64,000 nt of DNA from an uncultured Methanospirillum sp. (GCA_964501255.1 CAZCSN010000007.1:3703-67702), one strand, 5' to 3'. Shown: positions 48,550 to 58,822, numbered from the stretch's first letter. Notes: generated from the letters alone by a model not told the origin. Made by a program: numbers and translations.

Positions 48550-50943
48550 ATGACAGACACAGATACACACACCCATGATGAACACCATGAGCTCCCCCTC
48601 CTTCCGCTCATGAACACCGTCATCTTCCCAAAGACACGGACAAAAATCCTGGTCGATGAGGAAACCGGACAAATGCTCATGAAAGACGCAATCAGTCCTG
48701 AAAATACCCTGTTTATCGGGGTAACGGTTCACCCGGACACGGATGCGTCGGAGATATCCGAAGATACCATCTATACGGTTGGAAATCTCCTTGAGATCAC
48801 GTTTATTCACAAAACCGGGGAGGGGTATATGCTCGGTGTCTCTGCACGTGACCGCATACGGATCGAATCGGTCAGATACGATGGTGACCGGCTGTATGCC
48901 CGTTATACACCCGCCCCGGACCTTTCCGATATCGATGATGATGGCGTCCGGGAACTGCTCCATGAGATAAAACAGGCGGTATATGATATCGGATCTGCAT
49001 TTCAGGGATCAGATCACATCCTTGTACCGGTCAGACAGATGGAGTCCGTCGATCAGGTCATGGGCTTTATCATGCCGTTTTTACCGGTATCGATCGGGCG
49101 AAAGCAGGAGATCCTCGCAACTGACTCACTTCGGACCAGGTATCTTATGTTCCTTGGAGCGCTTTTTGAATGTCGGGATAATATCAGTCTCCGCATTGAG
49201 ATGACAAAAAAAGTCTCTGAAAAGTCAGCACGAAGTAACCGTCAGGCAATTCTCCGGGAACAGATCCGGGCAATGCAGGAAGAACTGGGCGAGATAGAAG
49301 GGCAGGAGCAGGAAGATGCCGCATACCGTGACCGGATCATGCAGTCATCCATGCCTGATGATGTAAAAAAGAAGGCACTCCAGGAGGTGAAAAAACTGAA
49401 GGCAAGTGGCAGCCAGGGGCATGAAAGTCCGGTCATCAGAAATTATCTGGACCTGCTCCTGGATCTCCCCTGGGTGACGAATGAGACGAAAAGCATTGAT
49501 ATCGGAGAGACACGGCGTATTTTGGAACAGAATCATTACGGTCTGTCAAAGGTGAAGGATCGGATAATCGAACACCTTGCTGTTCTTAAGCTGAAACATG
49601 AAAAGCAGGGCTCTATCCTCCTTCTTGCAGGACCACCCGGAACCGGAAAGACCAGTATTGGAAAGAGCATAGCCGATGCCCTGGGCCGGAAATATGTCAG
49701 GATAAGCCTTGGCGGGGTAAAAGATGAGGCTGAGATCCGGGGACACAGAAGAACCTATGTCGGTGCCCTTCCCGGCCGGATAATTCAGGGTATCAGAAGA
49801 GCGGGAACAAAAAATCCGGTCTTTGTCCTTGATGAGATAGACAAGCTTGCATGTTCATACTCCGGTGACCCGGCAAGTGCTCTCCTTGAGGTGCTCGATC
49901 CTGAACAGAACAGCACGTTCTCCGACCATTATCTGGAAGTTCCCTATGATCTCTCAGATGTGTTCTTCATCGCAACGGCAAACTCCCTGGCCAGCATCCC
50001 CGGCCCGCTTCTTGACCGGATGGAGCTGATTGAGATCCCCGGGTACACAAAACAGGAGATGTTCTTCATCGGAAAAGAGCACCTTATTCCCAAATCGCTG
50101 GATGAACACGGGCTCTGCGGGGATATCCTGTCTATGGACGATGCCGCACTCCGGCTGATTATTGACAGGTATACCCATGAAGCGGGGGTTCGTGGCCTGA
50201 AAAAGCAGCTTGACCGGATATCGAGGTATGTATCCGAAAAGATCGTCTCTGAAACAAGGAGGGCTCCGGTGGTGATCACATCAGATCAGATACCGGTCAT
50301 TTTGGGAAAGGAGGTCGTCCGGCATGAGGTTGCAAAGAAGGCCCTGGCTCCGGGTGTTGCAACCGGTCTTGCCTGGACACCGGCCGGTGGCGATATTCTC
50401 TTTATTGAAGGGACCTTCATGCCCGGTACCGGAAAACTCACCCTAACCGGCCAGTTAGGGGATGTGATGAAGGAGTCGGCCAATATCTCGATGAGCCTTA
50501 TTCGATCCAGGTTTGCCCAAAGTGCCTTTCACGTTGACTTCATGGCAAGTGATGTCCATATACATGTCCCCTCCGGTGCAACTCCAAAAGACGGTCCGTC
50601 GGCAGGAATTACCCTCTTTACCGCTCTCGTATCTCTCTTTACCGGAAAATCAGTGGATCCCGGACTTGCCATGACCGGTGAAGTGACGCTCTGCGGTTCG
50701 GTCCTGCCGGTGGGCGGTATCAGGGAGAAAGTACTAGCCGCTCATCGTGCAGGGATAACGAGGATTATTCTGCCGGAGGAGAATGAGCGTGATCTTGCTG
50801 ACATACCTGATGATGTCCGCAATGACCTGACCTTTATCCTGGTCAGAACGGTTGATGATGTCTTAAAAGAGGCCCTTGATATCTCTCTCCCATCGCCGGC
50901 AATTCGGATCTCCGGAGAGCAGATGATTGCTCCGGTGGGGTAA
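48550..50943 (+). CDS. lon: Bacterial-type ATP-dependent protease LonA
   Basis: LON N-domain LPLLPLMNTVIFP, GPPGTGKT, LDEIDK, PKDGPSAG (Ser), GGIREKVLAA (Lys); no LonB TM insert. Confidence 0.95.
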   Translation: MTDTDTHTHDEHHELPLLPLMNTVIFPKTRTKILVDEETGQMLMKDAISPENTLFIGVTVHPDTDASEISEDTIYTVGNLLEITFIHKTGEGYMLGVSARDRIRIESVRYDGDRLYARYTPAPDLSDIDDDGVRELLHEIKQAVYDIGSAFQGSDHILVPVRQMESVDQVMGFIMPFLPVSIGRKQEILATDSLRTRYLMFLGALFECRDNISLRIEMTKKVSEKSARSNRQAILREQIRAMQEELGEIEGQEQEDAAYRDRIMQSSMPDDVKKKALQEVKKLKASGSQGHESPVIRNYLDLLLDLPWVTNETKSIDIGETRRILEQNHYGLSKVKDRIIEHLAVLKLKHEKQGSILLLAGPPGTGKTSIGKSIADALGRKYVRISLGGVKDEAEIRGHRRTYVGALPGRIIQGIRRAGTKNPVFVLDEIDKLACSYSGDPASALLEVLDPEQNSTFSDHYLEVPYDLSDVFFIATANSLASIPGPLLDRMELIEIPGYTKQEMFFIGKEHLIPKSLDEHGLCGDILSMDDAALRLIIDRYTHEAGVRGLKKQLDRISRYVSEKIVSETRRAPVVITSDQIPVILGKEVVRHEVAKKALAPGVATGLAWTPAGGDILFIEGTFMPGTGKLTLTGQLGDVMKESANISMSLIRSRFAQSAFHVDFMASDVHIHVPSGATPKDGPSAGITLFTALVSLFTGKSVDPGLAMTGEVTLCGSVLPVGGIREKVLAAHRAGITRIILPEENERDLADIPDDVRNDLTFILVRTVDDVLKEALDISLPSPAIRISGEQMIAPVG

Positions 50944-51386
50944 ACAGCCTTATATTTTTTCTTTTTTGAGAGGCAGGCCTGGGAATACTGAACAGAGGGC
51001 ACTTATGGTACCGCTTTTTACTCTGCGATTTGTAATGATATGCTGATGGTATAGGCAGATGGGTGGAGAAACGAGGTCCCCCTGTATAATATCATGAATC
51101 GGCCCCATACAAAAAAATACAACCGGTTCATATGATAGATTCAATTATCCATTATATAAATATTTGGACGTTGATTCTGCTTTTATCAAAAAATACTCCA
51201 GATTTTCTGAAATGATGCAGAAATCTTATGCTCATATGAAGTACGGTGTCTGCAGATCCTGAAATAACCATTATCTTTCCCATTATTCCAATTTGGTACG
51301 GAATGCACAGATCTGATTCATGAAAAAGGAAAAGAATTGAATCATTACAGATCCATATCTATTGTATCATTGATTGGACCTGTTTT

Positions 51387-51878
51387 ATGAATTATTTCAG
51401 CAGTTTTCAGAAAATATCTCTGTTCCTGATCATAGGAATAAGCATAGGGATTATGCCGGTGAGTGCAACCATTTTTGCTGAAGATGGGTCAGAGCTTACT
51501 GTCGGCGATCTCTATGACATGGTGAACATGACACGGCCTGCCAATAATACAACACCGGTGACATTCTTTTTTGACCCGGAGTGCGGCCCCTGTATTCCGG
51601 TTCATGCATACCTGGAGAATTACCTGACCAATCATCCTGATGTGAATGTTACGATGGTAAATCTGTCATCAGGACCTGAATCTGAGTCGATGATGCGTGA
51701 TCTCTTCATACAGCACAACCGTACCATGATGAATACACCGGTTATCTTCTTCGGACCGATGGGTCTTGAAGGCACTGATGAGATCATCAGTCATTTTGAG
51801 CTCTTGTACCACTGGTATACGGACGAATCATGTAATTGTCAGCCGATTGGGATGCCCGGTTCAGCTGTTCCGACATGA
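51387..51878 (+). CDS. Exported thioredoxin/glutaredoxin-fold protein
   Basis: Signal peptide; FFDPECGPC; cis-Pro-like TPVIFF; C-terminal CNC. Confidence 0.75.
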   Translation: MNYFSSFQKISLFLIIGISIGIMPVSATIFAEDGSELTVGDLYDMVNMTRPANNTTPVTFFFDPECGPCIPVHAYLENYLTNHPDVNVTMVNLSSGPESESMMRDLFIQHNRTMMNTPVIFFGPMGLEGTDEIISHFELLYHWYTDESCNCQPIGMPGSAVPT

Positions 51879-51882
51879 TCCT

Positions 51883-52869
51883 ATGACACCTGCCATTCAG
51901 GTTACCGGCCTGACAAAAACATTCGGCGATCTGACTGCCGTAAACCATATCTCATTCGGGATAGAGCAGGGAGAGATATTTGGTCTCCTCGGTCCGAATG
52001 GAGCAGGAAAGACGACCACACTCTCCATGCTTGCAACCATGCAGAAACCGACCTTGGGGTCTGCGACGATTATGGGAAAAGATATTGAAAAGGACGAGGA
52101 TGGTGTTCGGAAAGCCATCGGGATTGTATTTCAGGATCAAAGCCTGGATGAGGAACTCACCGCCAGGGAGAACATGGATTTTCATGGCCGGCTCTATCGC
52201 ATTCCTTCGGATATCAGGAAACAGCGAATCGATGAACTCCTTTTCCTCGTCGAACTGCATGACAGGGCAGATGATCTGGTAAAGACATTCTCCGGTGGTA
52301 TGCGGAGAAGACTTGAGATAGCCCGGGGACTTCTCCACCATCCGTCCGTTCTCTTCCTTGATGAACCCACCCTCGGTCTTGATCCCCAGACGCGGAACCA
52401 TCTGTGGCAGTACATCGCAACATTAAGCAGGGAAAAGAATATCACGATTATTCTGACCACGCACTACATGGAAGAGGCGGATCGGCTGTGCGACCGGATT
52501 GCAATCATTGATCATGGCACGATTATTGCCCTTGACACCCCGCAGAACCTGAAAGACGGTATCGGCGGAGATATTATCACCGTCAGGACATCAAAAATCA
52601 ATGCTGCGGTCAGGATACTGACCGGATCGTGGATTGAGCAGGTTGAACTGCATCATGATGAAATCCGGATACATCTGCATAATGCCGAGCAGCATATCAG
52701 TAATATCATCACGCTCCTGCATGAGCATCAGATCCCAATTTTTTCTGTTTCGGTGCATAAACCAACCCTTGAAGATGTGTTTCTTGCTTTTACCGGTAAA
52801 ACAATACGTGAACAGGAGGGGGACAAAAGAGAGATGATGCGTAGACAGTACAGGATTGGACGGCGGTAA
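51883..52869 (+). CDS. ABC exporter ATP-binding subunit (DrrA-like)
   Basis: GPNGAGKT, FSGGM, LDEPT, TTHYMEEA, PTLEDVF. Confidence 0.95.
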   Translation: MTPAIQVTGLTKTFGDLTAVNHISFGIEQGEIFGLLGPNGAGKTTTLSMLATMQKPTLGSATIMGKDIEKDEDGVRKAIGIVFQDQSLDEELTARENMDFHGRLYRIPSDIRKQRIDELLFLVELHDRADDLVKTFSGGMRRRLEIARGLLHHPSVLFLDEPTLGLDPQTRNHLWQYIATLSREKNITIILTTHYMEEADRLCDRIAIIDHGTIIALDTPQNLKDGIGGDIITVRTSKINAAVRILTGSWIEQVELHHDEIRIHLHNAEQHISNIITLLHEHQIPIFSVSVHKPTLEDVFLAFTGKTIREQEGDKREMMRRQYRIGRR

Positions 52870-52871
52870 TC

Positions 52872-53621
52872 GTGGATATTATCTATACCATCTGGCTTCG
52901 AAGCATGAAACGGTACATCCGGTCCAAAAGCCGTATTATCGGCAGTATCAGCATGCCCATGTTCTTTCTCCTCTTTCTTGGGTTTGGGCTGAATTCGGTT
53001 GTGAATATTCCAGGGTATGGGGAGAATTACATCCAGTTTCTCATGCCCGGGATGGTGGCAATGAGTGTCCTCTTTACCTCAGTCTTTTCCGGGATTCAGA
53101 TCATCTGGGACAAGCAGTTCGGGTTTTTGAAGGAGACGCTTGTTGCACCGGTGACCAGGATGGAGATCATGCTCGGGCAGACGCTGGGGGGTGCAACAAC
53201 GGCGGTGATTCAGGGCATTCTGATCATGGTCATCTCACTTGGTCTGGGACTACAGGTCCGGAGTATTCCCGGGTTTCTCATTGCACTTGGGTTTATGGTG
53301 ATAATCGGGATCTCCTTTACCGCCTTTGGTATCGCAATCGCATCACGGATGGAGGATATGACAGGTTTTCAGCTGATCATGAACTTTGTCATCTTTCCCA
53401 TATTTGGTCTTTCCGGGGCGTTGTTTCCGATTCGTTCCCTTCCGGACTGGCTGTCACCGGTAACCAGGATCGATCCGCTCACGTACGGTGTCGAAGGGAT
53501 CCGGTATGGTCTGACCGGAGTCAGTCAGATCCATCCTTTCCTCTGTTTTCTTGTTATCTCGGGATTTGCCTGTGGTATGACGGTCATCGGTGCATTCCTG
53601 TTCCGGAAGATCTCGATATGA
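52872..53621 (+). CDS. ABC-2 type permease (DrrB-like)
   Basis: YIQFLMPGM, DKQFGFLKETLVAP, LSGALFP, DPLTYGV. Confidence 0.93.
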   Translation: MDIIYTIWLRSMKRYIRSKSRIIGSISMPMFFLLFLGFGLNSVVNIPGYGENYIQFLMPGMVAMSVLFTSVFSGIQIIWDKQFGFLKETLVAPVTRMEIMLGQTLGGATTAVIQGILIMVISLGLGLQVRSIPGFLIALGFMVIIGISFTAFGIAIASRMEDMTGFQLIMNFVIFPIFGLSGALFPIRSLPDWLSPVTRIDPLTYGVEGIRYGLTGVSQIHPFLCFLVISGFACGMTVIGAFLFRKISI

Positions 53622-53673
53622 TCGCACACCTTTTTTTCATGAAACATCTGTGATCGTGCAATCACTTCGGCGT

Positions 53674-54762
53674 TTATTTTGCTTTCATGGCATGGAAATC
53701 ATACCCGGGCACATAATTCCGGACCTGATTAAGTCTGGTATCTGCCGGGACGGTGTCCGGGATTTCCATGACTGAGTAAAACTCGGTAAGATTCATTCCG
53801 GCATATGCCGCTCCCTCCTGAATTGTCATCGAGCCTCTGAGATCAATCAGATTCAGATGTGCCCCTCCCTGCTGAACACTTTCGAGTGGTGGGATGGCAA
53901 CCTGCATCAGCCCGATCATACTCAGGAGGGCGAGTACTCCAAAGAAGATGCTGACCGTCCCGAGAATAAAAAAGAGCGGTTTGATCTCTGTGCTGGCGAT
54001 TTTCATGCTGAGTACCGGATGTTCCGATGGACATCCCGCAACACAGGTCGTGCATCCGATACACTCCGCTTTATTCAAAAGAGTGTTTTTTCCGGGTTCT
54101 ATTCCCATGGGGCAGTTCTGAATGCATCTTCCGCAGGCCATACAGCCGGTCCGGGTAACCCGGGTCAGGCCGGCCAGCGAGACCAACGCAAACATTGCTC
54201 CGGCCGGGCAGAGATACCGGCAGAAAAAACGCCTGACAATCAGAGAGAATACAAGTACTGCAATCAGAATGAGAAGGCCGATGCCGTTCTCGTGCAGAAT
54301 CCTCGTTCCCTGCCAGATATGTGCAAACGCCACATAGGGATCATATGGGGAGATCCAGAGCGAGGTTGTATACCATGCCATGCCTACAACGAGTATGAGA
54401 ATGATGTATTTGAGGTATCGCAGTCCGCGGTCAAGTTTTTTCGGCAGGGTTTTTTGCAGGGGAGATACAAGCCCTGCAAATTCAACCAGTGCTCCAAACG
54501 GGCAGATATTCCCGCATATGGCCCGGCCAAACAGAAGCGTAAAGCCAAGGCTGAAAAAGAACAGGGTCATGGTCCCGGAGAAGATTTTTTGCAGATTGGC
54601 ATGTCCTGCCAGCCATATCTGCAGGTTTTCAAGACCGCCCAGCGGGCATACTGCATGAACGGATGGATAGATGTTTCCGGCCGTGATGTGCAGGTACTGC
54701 AGTACCATAATGCAGATGAGAATAATCCCAAGAATAAACCATCGGATATGCTGAACCTTCAT
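53674..54762 (-). CDS. Membrane 4Fe-4S binding protein (NapH/YccM-like)
   Basis: VCPLGG, ICGNICPFG, FCRYLCPAG, CMACGRCIQNCP, CIGCTTCVAGCP. Confidence 0.9.
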   Translation of the reverse strand: MKVQHIRWFILGIILICIMVLQYLHITAGNIYPSVHAVCPLGGLENLQIWLAGHANLQKIFSGTMTLFFFSLGFTLLFGRAICGNICPFGALVEFAGLVSPLQKTLPKKLDRGLRYLKYIILILVVGMAWYTTSLWISPYDPYVAFAHIWQGTRILHENGIGLLILIAVLVFSLIVRRFFCRYLCPAGAMFALVSLAGLTRVTRTGCMACGRCIQNCPMGIEPGKNTLLNKAECIGCTTCVAGCPSEHPVLSMKIASTEIKPLFFILGTVSIFFGVLALLSMIGLMQVAIPPLESVQQGGAHLNLIDLRGSMTIQEGAAYAGMNLTEFYSVMEIPDTVPADTRLNQVRNYVPGYDFHAMKAK

Positions 54763-54899
54763 ACTATTCACTTTTTCGCGCTCTGATACTAATTCCCGTT
54801 TCTGCTGGCTATTCAAAGTTTTCCTTGTGAGAATATATATTTATATAACCGGACTGGCAGGAATTAATCATAATTTCCAAATTCCTTTCTTTCCGTTGT

Positions 54900-54944
54900 A
54901 AAAGGAAGAAAAAAACTGATCATGAACCGTTCGGTCATGATCAG
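54900..54944 (-). terminator. Hairpin plus U-tract after the small Gly/Gln-rich gene
   Basis: Inverted repeat CTGATCATG...CATGATCAG (54916-54944) followed on the minus strand by TTTTTTTCTTCCTTTT. Confidence 0.65.
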
Positions 54945-55021
54945 GCGGATTTGCAGAATACCATGCCTCATCACGGAGGTTCCGTGACGAATTAATGCAT
55001 GATTCTGTCATGTTTCAGGAT

Positions 55022-55288
55022 TTACCTGTTCTTTCCGTACTGAAGGCCGGTCCCGTCCCGTGGGGGAGTCTGGTTGTTCGGGCAGTTTTCATGAGTGCAG
55101 GTTCCGTTTCCGCCGTGCTGTCCGTGCTGTCCGTTCTGCCCACCATACTGGTTCCCGGTCCCGTCCTGTGGTGCCGGGCCGGTCTTTGCCATCTTTCCAT
55201 GCCCGCCCTGACCTGCTGCGGTCGCCGGTACGATAACAGCGAGGGCAACGAGGCCAAGGATGAGTACGAGTGTAAGTGCTTTCATCAT
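55022..55288 (-). CDS. Small exported Gly/Gln-rich protein with two DGTG..YG repeats
   Basis: SD AAGGAGGTG, signal peptide, PQDGTGNQYG and PRDGTGLQYG. Confidence 0.75.
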   Translation of the reverse strand: MMKALTLVLILGLVALAVIVPATAAGQGGHGKMAKTGPAPQDGTGNQYGGQNGQHGQHGGNGTCTHENCPNNQTPPRDGTGLQYGKNR

Positions 55289-55483
55289 ATGCTGCACCTC
55301 CTTTTCGTGCATATACCCTGATTCGACGTCAGGGTATATAGGAATCCCAAATGGAGACAGTTCCTCCCCTAAGCCGGAAGGTTGAAAGGGGGGTGTAGTC
55401 AGATCCGTTCATGTCATCCTGCATCACGCCGATACTGACCGGATACCTCACCGGAGTCTGTCGGGTCTGCTCGTGTATTCCTG

Positions 55484-56440
55484 TCAGGATGGCCTGCCGG
55501 CAGGTGTCGTTTCATCATGATCCTGAAAGGACTGAGGAGCAATAACCTGAATCGCCTCATTATCAATTGAAAGATATGCAGGAGTCTGTGTCGTCTTTTC
55601 ACCCCCCATGATGACATATTTCCTGGGGTTGGTCTCTATGATCGCCTCTTTTACTTTGAATATCCGTGACTGTGGAAAGGTAAGATGCCGGCCAAGGAAG
55701 AACCCTATCCAGAATTTCAGACCCTGCCACCTGCTCTCTGAGTCCATCGCGAAGATGATCAGGGTATCGTTATCAATATGTGCGTCCGGAGTGATTTTTC
55801 GTGTTCCATAAAAACTGCCATTTGCAATTATCAGCTGCCGTGTATGGATTGTCTCTGTCTTTCCGTCTGTAGTAATTGTGCACCGGAATAATTCCTGCGA
55901 GATAAGATACTGCGTTTCGCAGAGCAGATATGAGATCATGCCAAGATACCGTTTCAGTTTTCGGGGAGTTGCTGAAACAACATCATGGGAAAACCCGATC
56001 GTTGCAATGTTAATAAAATACTGGGAATTTATCATCCCCAGGTCGATATCGACCACTTTGCCGGTTGCTATCACCTTAACTGCCCGTTCCACAGACATCG
56101 GAATACCCATGGAGCGGGCAAAATTATTCGCTGTACCAAGCGGGAGAATACCAAGGACAGTATCCTGATGAGCAAAGAGGTCAATGATGGTGTTGAACGT
56201 TCCATCTCCCCCACCGATAATAACCAGCGGGTGTTTTTGTGATATGACCTCAGAAACCACCGATCTGATGCGTTCCGGTCTCCGGACCGGATATGAGGCA
56301 ATGACGTCGATTCCATGAAGCTGGAGGAGATCAAGCGCCCTGAAAAAAAGCCTCTCCCCGTTTCGTGAGTGGGTATTTACAATAAGCACTGCCTGCTGGT
56401 TTTTCCGGATTATTTGCTCTAATTCATGTTTGTTTTTCAT
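55484..56440 (-). CDS. YegS/diacylglycerol kinase family lipid kinase
   Basis: VNTHSR, GGGDGT, LPLGTANNFA, IANGSFYG. Confidence 0.92.
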   Translation of the reverse strand: MKNKHELEQIIRKNQQAVLIVNTHSRNGERLFFRALDLLQLHGIDVIASYPVRRPERIRSVVSEVISQKHPLVIIGGGDGTFNTIIDLFAHQDTVLGILPLGTANNFARSMGIPMSVERAVKVIATGKVVDIDLGMINSQYFINIATIGFSHDVVSATPRKLKRYLGMISYLLCETQYLISQELFRCTITTDGKTETIHTRQLIIANGSFYGTRKITPDAHIDNDTLIIFAMDSESRWQGLKFWIGFFLGRHLTFPQSRIFKVKEAIIETNPRKYVIMGGEKTTQTPAYLSIDNEAIQVIAPQSFQDHDETTPAGRPS

Positions 56441-56490
56441 GATATCAGGTAAACGGGTATGGAAAAGAAAAGAGGGTCATCGGGCACCTG

Positions 56491-56922
56491 TCAGAGGTGC
56501 GATCTCATGGCCGACGAGATGCTGTCGGCCAGAAAATCACTGGTAAGCCTCGAAACTGACGACGCATTCAATTCAGGATACTCCAAAACTGATTGCAGAA
56601 TCTGATCCTCTCTCTTGAGAGCAATTATTGCCTTATCACGAACAGGGACAATTCTATCTGTAACCTCCAACGATTGTAAATGCGATATCTCATCTTGTAG
56701 TACCTCCCGGTACCCGGCGAGATTTTCCCGTGCAGCATCCCACTCCTGCATACGGATATTATCATGGATATGTGAGATACGGTTTATGGATTCATTCTGA
56801 AATTCCTCAAGTGAACTCAAAAAGGCAATGTCATGCTGGTTTATGAGGGATGTGCATCCTGCAATAAAAAGAGAACCGGTAACCAGTCCGATGATAATGC
56901 ATACATACAGTAATTGGTTCAT
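56491..56922 (-). CDS. Lipoprotein-like hypothetical protein
   Basis: Hydrophobic leader with IAGC; helical body. Confidence 0.65.
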   Translation of the reverse strand: MNQLLYVCIIIGLVTGSLFIAGCTSLINQHDIAFLSSLEEFQNESINRISHIHDNIRMQEWDAARENLAGYREVLQDEISHLQSLEVTDRIVPVRDKAIIALKREDQILQSVLEYPELNASSVSRLTSDFLADSISSAMRSHL

Positions 56923-57042
56923 GGTAACCCGTATTGTACAATTTTGAAAAGGATTTCATTCATATGTTTACATACTTTACAATCGTGAATTGCAGGGTAC
57001 AAAATACTATGACCCAGGTGATACAAAGCCTCCAATCACTGC

Positions 57043-57978
57043 TTAATGTGCGATATCACACAGCGGTGGTTTCCTGATATGCTCACCGGTATTTGGCTCC
57101 ACGTGGATGGTGACGTTTGCCCTGGGATATTCGACTTTTAAATCCTTTTCCAGGTGGTCGGTGATATCATGGGACTGTTCAACTGAGATGTCCTTATCAA
57201 CAACCAGGTGCAGATCAATGAAGATCTCTGGTCCGGCACGTCTTGTTCGCAGGCCATGGAAGTTGACATAGGCCGACTGATGTTCACATATGATACTGGT
57301 TATCCGTGATACCTCCTCATCTGTCAGCCGGTAATCGATCAGGTCTTTGTATGATTTTTTTGTCAGGTCAAATGCTGCCTTCAGGATCACCAGAGCCACG
57401 CCGATTGCAACAAGGGAGTCAAGTATTGCAATTCCTGTAGCCCATATCAGAATCAGTCCGGTCATCACACCAAGCGAGGTATACACATCCGTCCGAAGGT
57501 GCCAGGCATCGCTCTCCAGTGCAATAGATTCTGTTTTTTTTGCAATTTTCATCAGCCGGGCAGAAACCAGGGCATTTACACCTGCTGAAATACCCATAAC
57601 CACGATACCGGCAATCATGAGGGTCTGATTCATTGGTTCTGATGCTGGATCAATGATTTTTGCAACGGCTTCCTCAATGATCAGAAGAGCGGCAATAAAG
57701 ATCAGAAGCGCTTCAATCATACCGGAGATGGATTCAAACTTTCCGTGCCCGAAGGTATGTTCATCATCAGGCGCCTCTCCGGACTTTCGTACCGATACAA
57801 ACGCAATGATGGAAGCCAGGAGATCCATCCCTGAATGGATGGCTTCGGAGATCATACTGACCGAGCCGAGTGCAAACCCGACAATCAGCTTCATGAGAAC
57901 AAGGGCGGAGTTAGAACCGACGGAGAGAATGGCTGTTTTTTCTTTTTCTGTATTGGAATTTTGAGATTGTGGTGTCAT
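57043..57978 (-). CDS. Cation diffusion facilitator (FieF-like)
   Basis: SEAIHSGMD, HTFGHGKFE, DAWHLRTD, IHVEP. Confidence 0.94.
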   Translation of the reverse strand: MTPQSQNSNTEKEKTAILSVGSNSALVLMKLIVGFALGSVSMISEAIHSGMDLLASIIAFVSVRKSGEAPDDEHTFGHGKFESISGMIEALLIFIAALLIIEEAVAKIIDPASEPMNQTLMIAGIVVMGISAGVNALVSARLMKIAKKTESIALESDAWHLRTDVYTSLGVMTGLILIWATGIAILDSLVAIGVALVILKAAFDLTKKSYKDLIDYRLTDEEVSRITSIICEHQSAYVNFHGLRTRRAGPEIFIDLHLVVDKDISVEQSHDITDHLEKDLKVEYPRANVTIHVEPNTGEHIRKPPLCDIAH

Positions 57979-58053
57979 TGAGTACCAGTGTCCAGTATTA
58001 TGATTATGAATAAGATTAATAAACCTGCTACCTCATGCTGATACGGTGAACTC

Positions 58054-58458
58054 ATGAAGTGGACGAAGATTGATGTGAAGACCGGATCACGAACGGTATT
58101 CGTTGATATTACCGGGAGGATTGATGACGTGATCAGAAAAACAGGCATACAGAACGGGATATGCTATGTGTATTCAGAGCATACAACCGCAGGGCTGACC
58201 ATAAACGAGAATGCAGACCCGGACGTGACACGGGATATCCTAGTCAGCCTCTCCCGTCTGGTTCCGGCAACGGGAGACTACCGGCATGCTGAAGGCAACT
58301 CCGATGCTCACCTGAAGGCTTCGCTTATGGGGTTTTCCCTGATGGTGCCGGTGATAGACGGGCGGCTTGCACTCGGGACCTGGCAGGGGATTTACCTGTG
58401 TGAGTTTGATGGGCCGAGAAACCGGCATGTCTGTGTGGGGGTCCAGGGAGAGAGTTAA
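58054..58458 (+). CDS. yjbQ: YjbQ/UPF0047 family protein
   Basis: HTTAGLTINENADPDV, HAEGNSDAHLK, LGTWQGIYLCEFDGPR. Confidence 0.93.
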   Translation: MKWTKIDVKTGSRTVFVDITGRIDDVIRKTGIQNGICYVYSEHTTAGLTINENADPDVTRDILVSLSRLVPATGDYRHAEGNSDAHLKASLMGFSLMVPVIDGRLALGTWQGIYLCEFDGPRNRHVCVGVQGES

Positions 58459-58463
58459 AAGAG

Positions 58464-58520
58464 TTATTTTTTTTCGATATATTCACTCATCAGGGTTAGA
58501 TAGTATGTATCACGGTTCAG
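58464..58520 (-). pseudogene. Truncated HEPN/DUF86 toxin remnant
   Basis: Overlaps the MNT stop (CTGA) and reads LNRDTYYLTLMSEYIEKK*, resembling the DUF86 N-terminal pattern RD..YL....E.IE. Confidence 0.45.
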
Positions 58521-58822
58521 AGTGGAATCGCCTCCTGCATGATTGTATCTTTGATAAACCAGTGAAGACAATCAGGCTCAACAAGATCGACCTTCAGATG
58601 TAAGAGTTCCTCCAGTTCCCGAATAAGAGCTGCCTGTTCTATAAGACTTCTGTCAGGATCGATATCAGCGAGAAGATCAAGATCACTCTCCCCTTTTTGC
58701 TCTCCGCGTACAAAAGATCCAAAAATCCTGATATTATGTGCACCATGTGACTCAGCAATCGCAATAATTTCGTCCCTGACTGCCTGAATGTCAGACAAAG
58801 CTTTTATTCTCCGCCTTTCCAT
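58517..58822 (-). CDS. Minimal nucleotidyltransferase (MNT antitoxin-like)
   Basis: IFGSFVRGE...SDLDLL...LEELL..KVDLV. Confidence 0.9.
   Translation of the reverse strand: MERRRIKALSDIQAVRDEIIAIAESHGAHNIRIFGSFVRGEQKGESDLDLLADIDPDRSLIEQAALIRELEELLHLKVDLVEPDCLHWFIKDTIMQEAIPL

Noticed and set aside
50944-51386. 440-bp AT-rich intergenic region
   Set aside because: No convincing repeats, stable structure or ORF beyond the T-rich lon terminator
52856-54786. Long alternative-frame ORFs 52856-53653 and 53857-54786
   Set aside because: They fully overlap the well-supported ABC permease and Fe-S genes and show no motifs
55350-55410. Possible fluoride riboswitch (GGAGAC...CTCC)
   Set aside because: Lacks the GAUG and CUGAUGA core, and no crcB/clc gene lies downstream in that orientation
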